A DNA stretch of 61,084 nt from Bradymonadia bacterium (GCA_046290225.1 JBKAGE010000058.1:1-61084); one strand, 5' to 3'. Positions 19,177 through 29,536 are shown, counted from the first letter of the stretch. The notes: generated by a model from the letters alone, not told the origin. Numbers and translations: made by a program.

Positions 19177-20752
19177 GCTCTGCCCCGGCGCTGAGCATGT
19201 CGATGACCTGCCTGTAAATGCGAGCATCTTCGGCTCGCTTCTCCGGTGAGCGTTTTCTGCACGAGGCCAGCGGCAGCTTCAGCCGCATGTTGTCGGCGAG
19301 CTGATCTGCGTGCCGAGCGAGGAAGGCCCAATAGAGCGGGGTGATGGGGCAGGTTTTCTTGGGATGAAAACGGCAGCCCTCGCAGTAATCACTCATTTTG
19401 TTGATGTAGGCCGCGCCAGAGACATAGGGCTTGGTGGTCATCACGTCGCCTGCGGCGAAGGTGCCCATGCCCAGCACATTGGGCTCCACCACCCAGTCAT
19501 AAGCGTCGGTGTAGGCCACCCAGAACCAGTCGGTGAGCGCTCTCGGTGACACGTCGAGCAAGGTGGCCAGGTTGCTGAGCACCATCAACCGGGTGATGTG
19601 GTGGCTGTAGCCCTCTGTCCATACGCTCTCCACCACAGTGTCGAGGCAAGCGAGGCCTGAGGGCGCACCACTCCAGAAGGCAGGTGGCAGCGGGTGTGCC
19701 GCGCCGAGGTGGCTCGGATCGGCTTTTGGATGATGTCCATCGAGCAGATGGCGAAACCCGTCCGTGGCGCGGTGCACATGGCGTACGAACTCCCGCCAGC
19801 CCAGGATTTGCCGAATGAACCCCTCTTTGCTGCCGAGGGACACATCCATCGCGTGCACATCGTCGATCACACGCTGAGGCAACAGCCGGTGCAGGTTGAG
19901 CAGCATCGAGATCCGGGTGTGGAACAGATTGCGCTCATGGCGTGACATCGCATCTTCGTATGGCCCGAAGTGGGTCATGCACGACTCACGGGCCCACCGC
20001 CACAATGTCTCGGCATCTGCCGCAGTGGCCGGCAACATGCTCAAATCGAGCTGGCCCGGATGATCGGCGAACTGCTGCTCTACGAGATCGCCCACCTCAC
20101 GGGTGATGGTGTCGGGCGCGAAGCGGGGCAGCGCAGGCGCTGGGGGATCTCCCGGCCACACCTTGCGGTTGTCGCCGTCGAAGCTGAAGCGTCCGCCTTC
20201 GGGCTTGCCTCGAGCATCCATCAAGATGCCGGTGCGACGGCGCACTGCCCGATAGAAAGCATCCATGCGCCAGGGCGGCGCTGAGCCCACTGAGCCGGTG
20301 AAGTCTTCCACGGTGGTGAGCCAGCCCTCGTGGGGTCTGATCCGCAGGGCACCTTCATCGACGAGGGGCTGTAGATCCACCCGAAGCTCTCGCTCGGCGG
20401 CCTCCATCATGGTCAGCGTGCCGAGCTCGGCGCACTGCGGTCGCAGCGCCTCGGCATAGTCACCACGAGACACGACGTGGCGCACTGCTACGCCACGGCG
20501 GACCTGCTCCAGGGCAAAGTGCCTCAGGTTGCTCAGCACCAGGGCGAGCTTCTGTTTGTGGTAGGGGCGCCTGGCGGCCTTCGCCGGGCATTCCACGAGC
20601 ACGATGCCGAGGGTTTCCGGAGGATGTCGGGAAAGCGGGCCGAGCTGATCAGTGAGCTGGTCATACGGCACGAAGAGCCAGCGTCGCCCTTGCTGTTCGA
20701 CTGGCTGGTGCTGAGCGAGGGCGGTGGCAAACGTGAGATCATGTGCAGCCAT
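19145..20752 (-). CDS. FeS-type bacterial cryptochrome/(6-4) photolyase (PhrB/CryB-like)
   Basis: [19 protein letters not shown]...[42 protein letters not shown] and [20 protein letters not shown]...CP, giving four Fe-S cysteines with GLACLD. Confidence 0.92.
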   Translation of the reverse strand: MAAHDLTFATALAQHQPVEQQGRRWLFVPYDQLTDQLGPLSRHPPETLGIVLVECPAKAARRPYHKQKLALVLSNLRHFALEQVRRGVAVRHVVSRGDYAEALRPQCAELGTLTMMEAAERELRVDLQPLVDEGALRIRPHEGWLTTVEDFTGSVGSAPPWRMDAFYRAVRRRTGILMDARGKPEGGRFSFDGDNRKVWPGDPPAPALPRFAPDTITREVGDLVEQQFADHPGQLDLSMLPATAADAETLWRWARESCMTHFGPYEDAMSRHERNLFHTRISMLLNLHRLLPQRVIDDVHAMDVSLGSKEGFIRQILGWREFVRHVHRATDGFRHLLDGHHPKADPSHLGAAHPLPPAFWSGAPSGLACLDTVVESVWTEGYSHHITRLMVLSNLATLLDVSPRALTDWFWVAYTDAYDWVVEPNVLGMGTFAAGDVMTTKPYVSGAAYINKMSDYCEGCRFHPKKTCPITPLYWAFLARHADQLADNMRLKLPLASCRKRSPEKRAEDARIYRQVIDMLSAGAELTPERLQPAR

Positions 20753-20889
20753 GACCCCACAGACACTTGGGCGGGCAATGCGTTGTGTGCAGTTCGCTGT
20801 AAGGTTTGCACCTGCTGATCCGTAGAGAGCATCGAACATCCGACACACTGCGGAACAGCACACAGAGAAGAGCACAGAGGAGAGGCATC

Positions 20890-22110
20890 ATGCGCACTGA
20901 GAAGATCGAGTTCACCGGCGCCCTGGGAGAGACGCTCGCGGGTCGTCTGGATCGACCAGAAGGCACGCCGCGGGCATACGCCCTCTTCGCCCACTGCTTC
21001 ACGTGCACAAAAGACATCTTCGCCGCGAGCCGCATTGCCCGCTCGCTCACTGAGCACGGCGTCGCAGTCCTGCGCTTTGATTTCACCGGTTTGGGCTCGA
21101 GCGAGGGAGAGTTTGCCAACACCAATTTCAGCTCCAACGTGGGCGATCTGGTGGCGGCTGCGAACTACATGCGTGAGCATCTTGAGGCCCCAGAGGTCCT
21201 CGTAGGTCACTCCCTCGGGGGGGCAGCGGTGCTCGCTGCGTCACATCAGGTGCCCGAGGTTCGGGCTGTGGCCACGGTGGGGGCGCCGTATGATCCCGGT
21301 CACGTGAGCCACCTGTTCGCCGATCACCTCGAAGACATCGAGCGTGAGGGCGTGGCCGAGGTGACCCTGGCGGGTCGTCCCTTCACGATTCAGAAGCAGT
21401 TCATCGACGACATCCAGAGCCAGAAGCAGGACGCCTGCATCTCCAACCTCAAGCGGGCCCTGCTGGTGTTGCACTCGCCGGTGGACAACATCGTGGGCAT
21501 CGAGAACGCCAGCCTGATCTTTCAGGCGGCGAAGCACCCCAAGAGCTTCATCAGCCTCGATGATGCCGACCACCTTCTGAGCAAAAAAGCCGACGTCGAG
21601 TATGCCGCAGCGGTGATCTCTGCCTGGGCGGCGCGGTTCATCTCCCGCCAAGAGGCGCCGATGCCCGTGCTGTCGCCACAGCCCCACGGCAAGGTGGTCA
21701 TCGAAGAGACCACCAACGGCAAGTTTCAGAACGCCGTGGCCATGGGCCAGCACCGGGCCATCGCCGACGAGCCCCCAGAAGTGGGCGGCGACGACACGGG
21801 CCCGAGCCCCTACGAGTATCTGCTGGCGTCACTCGGCGCATGTACCAGCATGACGCTGCGCATGTACGCCGAGCGCAAGGGCTGGCCTCTGGAGAAGGTG
21901 AGAGTCGCCCTGAGCCATCAGAAGATTCACGCCCGAGACTGCGAGACCTGCGAGACCGAGAAGGGCAAGGTGGATCAGATCGAGCGCACGATCACGATCT
22001 ACGGCGATCTCGACGACGAGCAGCGGGCCCGCCTGATGCAGATCGCCGACATGTGCCCGGTGCACCGCACGTTGCACAGCGAGATCAACGAGATCACCCG
22101 AGAAGGCTGA
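20890..22110 (+). CDS. Bifunctional alpha/beta hydrolase / OsmC family protein
   Basis: AHCFTC, GHSLGG and ADHLL, then OsmC motifs ADEP...GPSPYEYLLASLGACTSMT and CPVHRTL. Confidence 0.93.
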   Translation: MRTEKIEFTGALGETLAGRLDRPEGTPRAYALFAHCFTCTKDIFAASRIARSLTEHGVAVLRFDFTGLGSSEGEFANTNFSSNVGDLVAAANYMREHLEAPEVLVGHSLGGAAVLAASHQVPEVRAVATVGAPYDPGHVSHLFADHLEDIEREGVAEVTLAGRPFTIQKQFIDDIQSQKQDACISNLKRALLVLHSPVDNIVGIENASLIFQAAKHPKSFISLDDADHLLSKKADVEYAAAVISAWAARFISRQEAPMPVLSPQPHGKVVIEETTNGKFQNAVAMGQHRAIADEPPEVGGDDTGPSPYEYLLASLGACTSMTLRMYAERKGWPLEKVRVALSHQKIHARDCETCETEKGKVDQIERTITIYGDLDDEQRARLMQIADMCPVHRTLHSEINEITREG

Positions 22111-22172
22111 GCGCGGGCTGGGCGTGACCTCTAAATTCGAACAGCGTTATATTCGTCCAGTGCCAAGGGGGT

Positions 22173-22355
22173 ATGTGTGCGCTGGTTGCCTTTGTCGAGA
22201 AAAACATCGATCGCAGCAGATCGGCGAAGCGCGAGCTGAACCGTAAGGCGACGAAGGCTGGCGTGAAGCGAGGGATGATCCCCACCTTCGATGTGGGCGG
22301 AGACTTCTTTGTGGGCTTCGATAAGAGCCGGCTGTTGCGTGCTGTCTATCAGTGA
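22173..22355 (+). pseudogene. Glutaredoxin-like C-terminal remnant
   Basis: FVEKNID...IPTFDVGGDFFVGFD matches the C-terminal half of glutaredoxin/NrdH. The CxxC N-terminus is absent. Confidence 0.55.
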
Positions 22356-22527
22356 AAAGCTCTCCCGACGATGCTTGAGGATGTCACCAATCCTCCGCAC
22401 GGGATCACCTGCCCGTGACACACACACCTTCATCCCCCTGATATCTCCGTCGTCTACCTACAAGGTATGCGGATTGCTTAATGCTTTCCCGGCGCGTTGA
22501 GGCGATGTACGCAGACGGGAGACTGGG

Positions 22528-25500
22528 ATGGGTTTTCGAGTGGTGCCCTTCGGGGCTGTGGGCCTGGCCCTCGCACTGAGTGTCTGGGGCTGTGACAGCG
22601 AAGAGGTCGACTTTGGCCCTGGCGGTGCTGGCGGTCAGCCCTCGGCGGGTGGGGTCCCCATGGGTGGCGAACCTGTGGGCGGCATGTCCGAGGGCGGTGC
22701 CGGCGGCGAGCCCATGGGCGGTACAGGTGGTGCCGTGGGCGGTGAAGGCGGGATCCCCGGTGAGCCTGGCACTGGCGGCTTCGCTGGTGGCACAGGCGGT
22801 GAAGACGTCGGCGTACCCCCAGTGGTGGACTGCAGCGCCTTCGAGTATCGGGGTCAGGTCTTCGACTGTGATGCCCTCGATCGTTGTACTGAGCAGGACA
22901 TCCTCTATCGCACCGCATGTTGTCAGTGTGATCCCGAGCTGTGCGCGCCTGATCCTGACTGCTCTGCGCCCGATGACGCCGGCTTGCCACCACCTGAGGT
23001 CGACGGTGGCGCTCCACCGCCTCCAGTGGAGATCGTCGAGAGCTGTATGGAGTGCCACAACGGCTCCGACGACAACGACTACGCAGGCAACGGCATCTTG
23101 AACCCCCATCCGTTCCCCGGGGCTGCGAACATCCTGTGCAGCCACTGCCACGGCGGAAACCCACGGGGCCAGGGGAAGCTCGACAGCCACGTGAACGCCC
23201 CACCGGAGATCGGTGGTCGCGAGCAGTGGATCAACAACCCCAAGTCGTACTTCAACCGCCTCACCCTCAGCGGCCTCGACAAGCTCGAGCCCGCAGAGTG
23301 GCCCACTCATCACGATCCGGACGCCACCTGGAACAACCTCGACTACATCCAGTTCCTCAACCCTGGCGATCTACGCGTGGTGACTCAGGGACGGGGCTGC
23401 GGCGCTGCGGGTTGCCATGGGGAGCAACACGGTGAGTGGGTGGCCCGCTCGGCCATCGGCACCACGGTGGGCTTCTTCTCGTCCACCCGTTTCACTGTGG
23501 GGCTCGAGAACAGCTACCCCGAGCGCCGCGGGCGCCAGAACGACGCCGACACCCTCGCTGATCACGCGCCCCGCGATGTGTCGAACCCTGACTATGACCC
23601 CAACAATCGCCTCATTGGCGAGGTGCCCTCTCTCCGCGAGCAAGAAGAGGTGGCGCAATACGATGGCCCCATGCGGGACAACGCAATCTACGATTCGGAC
23701 ACGCTGCCCAACCACGTGATCAACGAGAACCAGGATCGCGCCCGGCCGAACCGGGTGCGCACCGACAGCCCTCTCGACACCCTCATCACCGAGTCGATCT
23801 CCATCGGCTGCGGTGACTGTCACCTCTACAGTGCCGGGGCCAACAACCGCTACGCCGACTTCCGCTCATCGGGCTGCACGGCCTGCCACATGGAGTACAG
23901 CGCCGACGGCCGCAGCCGCAGCTCCGACCCTCACGTGAATAAGCGCGAGCCCATCAACCCTGACGCCATCGCCGCCCCGGAGCGTCCCCACGTGGAGCGT
24001 CATCAAATCAGGAACGTGGCCAAGGTGCTGCCCAACGGGGCCTTCGTACGGGGCATCAGTGATCGGGCCTGCGTGGGCTGCCACCAGGGCTCAAACCGCA
24101 CGGTGCTGCAATACTGGGGCATTCGCCTCGACCAGAACGCCGACGTGGTGAACGACTTCCAGTACCCGGCGAACCCTCAGAACTTCGCCACCACCGAGAA
24201 CGACACCCGTCTCTACGACCCCGCGGTGAACAACAACACCTTCAACGGCCGCAACTTCAACCAGCACCTGCTCACCGAAGATTACGACGGCGACAACCGC
24301 GACGACACGCCCCCTGACGTGCACTACGCCGCGGGCATGGGCTGTATCGACTGCCACGGCAGCCGCGATCTACATGGTGGCACTGAGGGCGACCCCACAG
24401 GGGGCAAGATCAGGAGCCGCAACGATCAATACTCGATGATCTCGTGCGAGAGCTGCCACGGCACCCTCGAGGGCTACGCCGAGACGGTGGAGTGCTTCAC
24501 CTACGACAATCGCCAGGCCCGCTGCGCGACAGACAAAGCCGGCAACCCGTTGCGCAACGTCACGGTGGGGCCCAACGACACCTACACATTGATCAGCCGC
24601 CTCGACGGCAACCGGCTCTATGTGCCGCAGACCCGTGACGTGGTGGTGCAGAATCAGAACAAGCGCCACCCCATCACCCAGCAGCTCATCTACAGCCCCA
24701 AGGGCTCGTACGCCATGGGCCGCGCCGACGGCAGCGCCCTCACGGGCATCGGCCCTCAGCAGGCCGACCCCCTGAAGTTCACCCCGGGCTTCACCCATAT
24801 GGACAAGCTCGAGTGCGTGAGCTGCCACAGCACCTGGACGAACAACTGCATCGGCTGCCACATCAAGTCGCAGTACAACGCTGATCCGGGTCAGTACTTC
24901 TTCTCGAACATCACCGGCGAGCGAATCTTGCTCAACCTGACCAACGCCGACTTCACGTATCAGTCCCCAGTGATGATGTACCTGGGGGTGAACAGCAACG
25001 GGAAGATCGACCAGGTACAGCCCATGGACAAGCTGTTCTACCGCCACGAGGATCGCAACGGGGTGGAGTCGCAGGTCTTCGCCTTCGGTGATCGCCTCGG
25101 TGAGGGCAACAACCCCTTCAAGTTCGGCGCGAACGCCTTCCCGGCGCTCAGTCACAACCAGACATCGAACCACTCGGTCCGCGGCAAGGTCACCGACACT
25201 GAAGAGGGCCCCCGCTACTGCGTGTCGTGTCACCTGACGCAGAACGCCATCGACACCTTCGGCGACGAGTACGCAGAGTTCCGCGATACGTACTACGCCA
25301 ACGACTTCGCCAACCTGGACTTCGACCTGCTCGCGGAGCACATCGGTCAGAACCCCGGTAACCAGCTCGATTCGCCCTTCTGGGTGCACATGGTGGCGGG
25401 CCTGGGCACGGGCCTGTTCCTCTTCGACGAGACGGGTTGCCCGGTGAACCCCCTGGATCCGAACGCGAACCGCCAGTACTGCCCCGACGGCGCCCCTGCG

Positions 25501-25767
25501 GACAACTTCGACGCCAACGACGTGGTCTACGACACGGATCGCCTGGTGGAGATCAACGGGGCGTCGAACGTCTCGAGCGCCCACCCGATCATGGTGGACA
25601 ACCCACCGGTGCAACGCTTCGGGGCGTCGAACCCCGAGATGAGTGGGCCGCTGCCGGGTCAGATGATCCAGAAGCTGGCTGATCCGAACACGGGCTTGGT
25701 CCTCGACTCGTGGATCGACGCCGACGGCAACGCTCAGGGCGCCGCGGACAACTACATCAATCAGTGA
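22528..25767 (+). CDS. Large multiheme cytochrome c lipoprotein
   Basis: Lipobox VWGC, Gly-rich linker, 10 CxxCH motifs and one CX4CH (CGAAGCH). Confidence 0.88.
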   Translation: MGFRVVPFGAVGLALALSVWGCDSEEVDFGPGGAGGQPSAGGVPMGGEPVGGMSEGGAGGEPMGGTGGAVGGEGGIPGEPGTGGFAGGTGGEDVGVPPVVDCSAFEYRGQVFDCDALDRCTEQDILYRTACCQCDPELCAPDPDCSAPDDAGLPPPEVDGGAPPPPVEIVESCMECHNGSDDNDYAGNGILNPHPFPGAANILCSHCHGGNPRGQGKLDSHVNAPPEIGGREQWINNPKSYFNRLTLSGLDKLEPAEWPTHHDPDATWNNLDYIQFLNPGDLRVVTQGRGCGAAGCHGEQHGEWVARSAIGTTVGFFSSTRFTVGLENSYPERRGRQNDADTLADHAPRDVSNPDYDPNNRLIGEVPSLREQEEVAQYDGPMRDNAIYDSDTLPNHVINENQDRARPNRVRTDSPLDTLITESISIGCGDCHLYSAGANNRYADFRSSGCTACHMEYSADGRSRSSDPHVNKREPINPDAIAAPERPHVERHQIRNVAKVLPNGAFVRGISDRACVGCHQGSNRTVLQYWGIRLDQNADVVNDFQYPANPQNFATTENDTRLYDPAVNNNTFNGRNFNQHLLTEDYDGDNRDDTPPDVHYAAGMGCIDCHGSRDLHGGTEGDPTGGKIRSRNDQYSMISCESCHGTLEGYAETVECFTYDNRQARCATDKAGNPLRNVTVGPNDTYTLISRLDGNRLYVPQTRDVVVQNQNKRHPITQQLIYSPKGSYAMGRADGSALTGIGPQQADPLKFTPGFTHMDKLECVSCHSTWTNNCIGCHIKSQYNADPGQYFFSNITGERILLNLTNADFTYQSPVMMYLGVNSNGKIDQVQPMDKLFYRHEDRNGVESQVFAFGDRLGEGNNPFKFGANAFPALSHNQTSNHSVRGKVTDTEEGPRYCVSCHLTQNAIDTFGDEYAEFRDTYYANDFANLDFDLLAEHIGQNPGNQLDSPFWVHMVAGLGTGLFLFDETGCPVNPLDPNANRQYCPDGAPADNFDANDVVYDTDRLVEINGASNVSSAHPIMVDNPPVQRFGASNPEMSGPLPGQMIQKLADPNTGLVLDSWIDADGNAQGAADNYINQ

Positions 25768-25844
25768 GCTCTGCTCGCTGATACACTGACCCCCGGTCTT
25801 CTGGGAGGATCGCCGCCTCGATCCTCTCATAAGGCCACGCGCTT

Positions 25845-25889
25845 CGCCCTCATGGAGGCCCGCCTGCCTCCATGAGGGCGTTTTTTGTT
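25845..25889 (+). terminator. Rho-independent terminator
   Basis: CGCCCTCATGGAGGC-CCGCCT-GCCTCCATGAGGGCG-TTTTTT. Confidence 0.85.
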
Positions 25890-25963
25890 CCGCGCCTCCG
25901 GCGGCGCCAGCCGCCGTGAGCGTGGTGATTTCACGCACAGCCACAGGCTACAGTGCTTCGCCG

Positions 25964-26061
25964 TGATGCGTATCCCCCCAGGCGTTGGACACATTTGGGG
26001 CCTGGAAAACCCCTGGGTGTCCCGGGTAATTTGAAGGCATGAGCAATACGAAACGAGCGAA
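25964..26061 (+). mobile_element. IS3-like left-end remnant (second copy), with no transposase following
   Basis: 97/98 nt match to the reverse complement of 1-98. The ORF from ATG 26039 stops after 25 codons. Confidence 0.6.
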
Positions 26062-26264
26062 TGAAGGCGAAGGTGTGAGCCGCGGTCGTCCAAGGCTGCG
26101 GACACACAGGCGGTGATCACCGCATACGGTAAGAGTGCCCCCAAGCGAGCTTCCTACGTGACGGACAAGTGGCACGACAACTCCACGTTCCACCGGGTTG
26201 ATCCGGCGGCGCCGACCCCGCCGCCTCCTTCGTTGCCCGGCGCTTGGCTTCCGAGGTGATCCCA

Positions 26265-26687
26265 ATGAATGAAATCGATGAAGCTCTCTCCTTCCCGTTG
26301 ACCGATGAGCCGTCACTGCTGTTCTGGCAGCAGGCCGTTGGTCATGTCGTTGGCGCTCTTTCCCGTAGACTGGCGGCCACGGTTTCCTACGTTGAGCCGC
26401 CAGATGTTGGCCGAGGCTTCTCGGCCGAGGTCCTGATGGAGACGGGCTTTCCTGGCCTTACACTCCAGGGGATAGTCGGCTGCGACCTTGTGGATGGGCA
26501 TCCTCCCTGGATCTCGGCTGTGCTATTTCCGTTCCTCTTAGGCCGCAGGGTCAGCCCTGGAACGGGAGCAGACTTCCTGGCCTACAGGTATTCTGCTGGA
26601 GACGGCGGCTGGCGGGAGGAAGGATGGCGCTGCGACGAACACGGTGAGTACGGCTACTTCCACGAATGGCGGGGACCGGATCGGTAG
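26265..26687 (+). CDS. Hypothetical protein (possible immunity-type protein)
   Basis: 140 aa from MNEIDE with a GAGGTG RBS. It follows the stop of a start-less reading frame and lies inside an IS-end-bounded segment. Confidence 0.55.
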   Translation: MNEIDEALSFPLTDEPSLLFWQQAVGHVVGALSRRLAATVSYVEPPDVGRGFSAEVLMETGFPGLTLQGIVGCDLVDGHPPWISAVLFPFLLGRRVSPGTGADFLAYRYSAGDGGWREEGWRCDEHGEYGYFHEWRGPDR

Positions 26688-26838
26688 CCCGACACCACGG
26701 GTAACACCCCGCCCCCTCGCCAGTAGGTTCCCTGCCAGCCCCAGCCCAGCCGCCAGGAGGACCCCGATGCCCACGCCCAGCCCCGCCCCGACGAGGGCCT
26801 GCTTATACGCCAGGGTCTCGGCCACCAGCCACTGCCTT

Positions 26839-26864
26839 GTATCCCCAAAATTGGTACGCACTCA
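26839..26864 (-). mobile_element. Possible IS3-like terminal repeat facing the end at 25964
   Basis: Minus strand TGAGTGCGTACCAATTTTGGGGATAC (TG-N18-GGATAC), sharing TGCGTA with the left end. Confidence 0.35.
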
Positions 26865-26944
26865 GCCAAGCACCGGGTTGTCAGAGCTGATCCGATCCCC
26901 AATGTTCCCGCAGGTGGGGGCGCGAGGGTGATGGGAGGACGGAG

Positions 26945-28465
26945 ATGCGCGTGACCTTGGCCTCTCTCTCGATCTTGATCCTCGGAGGCTGTGCGGTCGA
27001 CGAGCCTGCCTTCGAGCCGCCGGTACCACAGCTCGCGGAGGGTAAGGCTGACTTCTCCTCTGGTGTGCGTGAAGTGGGCGACCTGCCCCTGGGCGAGGCC
27101 CGCGACGAGGCGCTGCGGTTCGAGTTCGAGTTTCAAGCGTGGCACGTGAAGATCGAGGCCAAGGGGCGGGCGCGATTCTTCTCCGAGTCCGAATCGTTCT
27201 CCACGTCTTTGTTCTTGTTCGGCCCGCGCGTCGAGGGTGAGGCGTGGTCGCTGAACACTCGGGGGATCAGCGAGATCGAGGAGACGCTGGGGGCCGGCGA
27301 GTACGTCATCGTGCTCGGCAGCGCCGATGGGATCTCGAAGGGGCAATACACGATCGGCGCGACGTGCGAGGGGTGCACACCGCCCGGGGACGAGCCACCC
27401 ACAGACGAGCCGACCGTAGATGAGCCGACCGTGGAAGACCCGCCTGTGGGCGCAACGTGCTTCGACGTGGATCTCGAATCTGCCATCGGATCTGGCGTGG
27501 CCACGGGCAGCACCCGTGACGGCGAAGATCGGCTCACCGCCGAGTGCGCCGGTGGCCCTGCGCCCGAAGCCATGGTGCGTTGGGTGGCCCCTGAAGACGG
27601 CTGGTATCGCTTCAGCACGTTCGGGTCGAGCTTTGGCACTGTGCTCTACGTGCTCGACGGCTGTGAGGGCGAGGTCATCGCCTGCAACAACAACGCGCGG
27701 CCAGGCACGTTTCAGTCGCAGCTCGATCACGAGCTCGTCGAAGGCCAAGCCGTCATCATCGGCGTCGACGGGTATTGGGGGCATCAGGGCGACTATCAGC
27801 TGAACATCGAGGCGCTCGACGCAGAGGGTCCTGATGATGGCGGCCTAGCGCTCAGAGATGCGCTGCTCGACGAGGTCCGTGGGCCGCATCGCCACGTGGG
27901 CTACGACAGAGCGCGGGACTTCGTCTTTCGGCAGCTGCACAACGAGGGCGGCGCCGTGGAGTGCGTCTATACCGGTGAGCGTGTGCGCACCCAGTCGGTG
28001 CCTGATCCCGACGTGATGAACATCGAGCACACGTGGCCCCGCAGCCGCGGGGCGGAGCACTCGCCGGCGAACTCTGATTTGCACCACCTGTTCCCGAGCA
28101 TCAGCGAGGCCAATTCGAAGCGGGGCAACCGACCCTTTGGCGAGGTGAGCCAGGTGCACTGGTCCAGTGGCTTTCACGCCGACGACGAGCAAGCGAGCTA
28201 CCTCGGCCGCGACGACTCGAGGCGCATCGTCTTCGAGCCCCCGCTGCGGCACAAAGGCGACGTGGCCCGGGCGCTCTTCTACTTCGCCGTACGCTACGAG
28301 ACGGCCATCGATCACCGCGAAGAGCAGGTGCTGCGTCGCTGGCACAGTCTCGACCCCCCCAACGCCGAGGAGCGTAGCCGCAACGCCCGCGTCGCCGGTG
28401 TGCAGGGCAACCGGAACCCCTTCGTGGATCGCCCCGAGCTCGTGTCGGAGATCGACGACTTCTGA
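26945..28465 (+). CDS. Extracellular endonuclease I family lipoprotein with PPC-like N-terminal domains
   Basis: Lipobox LGGC, NIEHTWPRS, DLHHLFP...NSKRGN, KGDVARALFYFAVRY and QGNRNPFVD. Confidence 0.9.
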   Translation: MRVTLASLSILILGGCAVDEPAFEPPVPQLAEGKADFSSGVREVGDLPLGEARDEALRFEFEFQAWHVKIEAKGRARFFSESESFSTSLFLFGPRVEGEAWSLNTRGISEIEETLGAGEYVIVLGSADGISKGQYTIGATCEGCTPPGDEPPTDEPTVDEPTVEDPPVGATCFDVDLESAIGSGVATGSTRDGEDRLTAECAGGPAPEAMVRWVAPEDGWYRFSTFGSSFGTVLYVLDGCEGEVIACNNNARPGTFQSQLDHELVEGQAVIIGVDGYWGHQGDYQLNIEALDAEGPDDGGLALRDALLDEVRGPHRHVGYDRARDFVFRQLHNEGGAVECVYTGERVRTQSVPDPDVMNIEHTWPRSRGAEHSPANSDLHHLFPSISEANSKRGNRPFGEVSQVHWSSGFHADDEQASYLGRDDSRRIVFEPPLRHKGDVARALFYFAVRYETAIDHREEQVLRRWHSLDPPNAEERSRNARVAGVQGNRNPFVDRPELVSEIDDF

Positions 28466-28522
28466 ACGGATATGGGTGCTGAACACTTGTGCATGCTCGG
28501 TGGCTGATGCAAGGTGGCGGGC

Positions 28523-29536
28523 ATGGCCGAGAACAACCCCCACGACAGCCTCGTGCGTCACGTCATGTCCAAGGCAGATGTGGCCGCTGCTGGCTTGCGA
28601 GCCCTGCTCCCACCCGAGAGCATCAGCGACCTAGACCTGTCCAGCGTGCGGTTGATGGAGGGGACCTTCATCGACGAGGCGTTCCGTGAGAAGCGCACCG
28701 ACCTGCTCTTCGAACTGGCCAGCAATGATGGGGCGCCGGTCTACGCCTACATCCTGGCGGAACATCAAAGCTCTGTAGATCGGGACATGCCCTGGCGGAT
28801 GCACCAGTACATCACTCGCATTTGGGCGCGGTGGAAGGCCGGCCACCCGAACTCGACAGGGCGGTTGCCGAGAGTGATCCCGCTGGTCATCTACCACGGC
28901 GAGCGGCGCTGGACTGGCCCCACGACCTTGCGGGAGATGATGCACGGTGAGGGGCTGGTCAGTGAGAGTCGCTACTTGCCAGGGTTGGAGTTCTTCCTGG
29001 TGGACTTGACGGTGTTATCCGAGGAGGAGGTCATCGCTCGGTCAGCAGGCGCATCGCCATGGTTCTCGCTGTTGCTGCTCAACCTCAAGACGATGGCCTA
29101 CATTCGAGATGTCACCGTGGCGCTGCGCCGGTGGGGCCAACTCTACTTGGACCTCATGCGTCTGCCTGGAGGCTGGGAGAACTCCATTCCGTTCTTCCGC
29201 TATACTCTGCTCACTCACTCCGAGATGCCCGACATCACACTCGTCAGGGCGCTCAAGACCGTGGTCAACGACCTCACAGGAGAGGAGATCATGCCCTACG
29301 CCAATCGCTACCTTGAAGCCCTCGAAGGCCGTGGCGAAGCTCGTGGTGAAGCCCGTGGGCGATCAGAGGCCCGTATCGAAGACACCATGAAGCTGATCAG
29401 CCGCAAGTTCCCTGATGAGGCAGAGTCTGCTCGTGCTTGGGTGGAGCAAGCCACCTCGGAGCAGCTTGATGGGGTCTTTGATCGCATCTTCGAGGCGACC
29501 ACTTTGGCAGATCTGTTGGGTCGGGCCGAGAGCTGA
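28523..29536 (+). CDS. Rpn family recombination-promoting nuclease / putative transposase (YhgA-like)
   Basis: NPHDSL, RTDLLF, YILAEHQS, MPWRMHQY and VIPLVIYHG...W, with a C-terminal GEARGEARG repeat. Confidence 0.9.
   Translation: MAENNPHDSLVRHVMSKADVAAAGLRALLPPESISDLDLSSVRLMEGTFIDEAFREKRTDLLFELASNDGAPVYAYILAEHQSSVDRDMPWRMHQYITRIWARWKAGHPNSTGRLPRVIPLVIYHGERRWTGPTTLREMMHGEGLVSESRYLPGLEFFLVDLTVLSEEEVIARSAGASPWFSLLLLNLKTMAYIRDVTVALRRWGQLYLDLMRLPGGWENSIPFFRYTLLTHSEMPDITLVRALKTVVNDLTGEEIMPYANRYLEALEGRGEARGEARGRSEARIEDTMKLISRKFPDEAESARAWVEQATSEQLDGVFDRIFEATTLADLLGRAES

Noticed and set aside
28523..29536. Rpn gene as a bounded transposon
   Set aside because: No terminal repeats or target duplication seen, so it is annotated only as a CDS.
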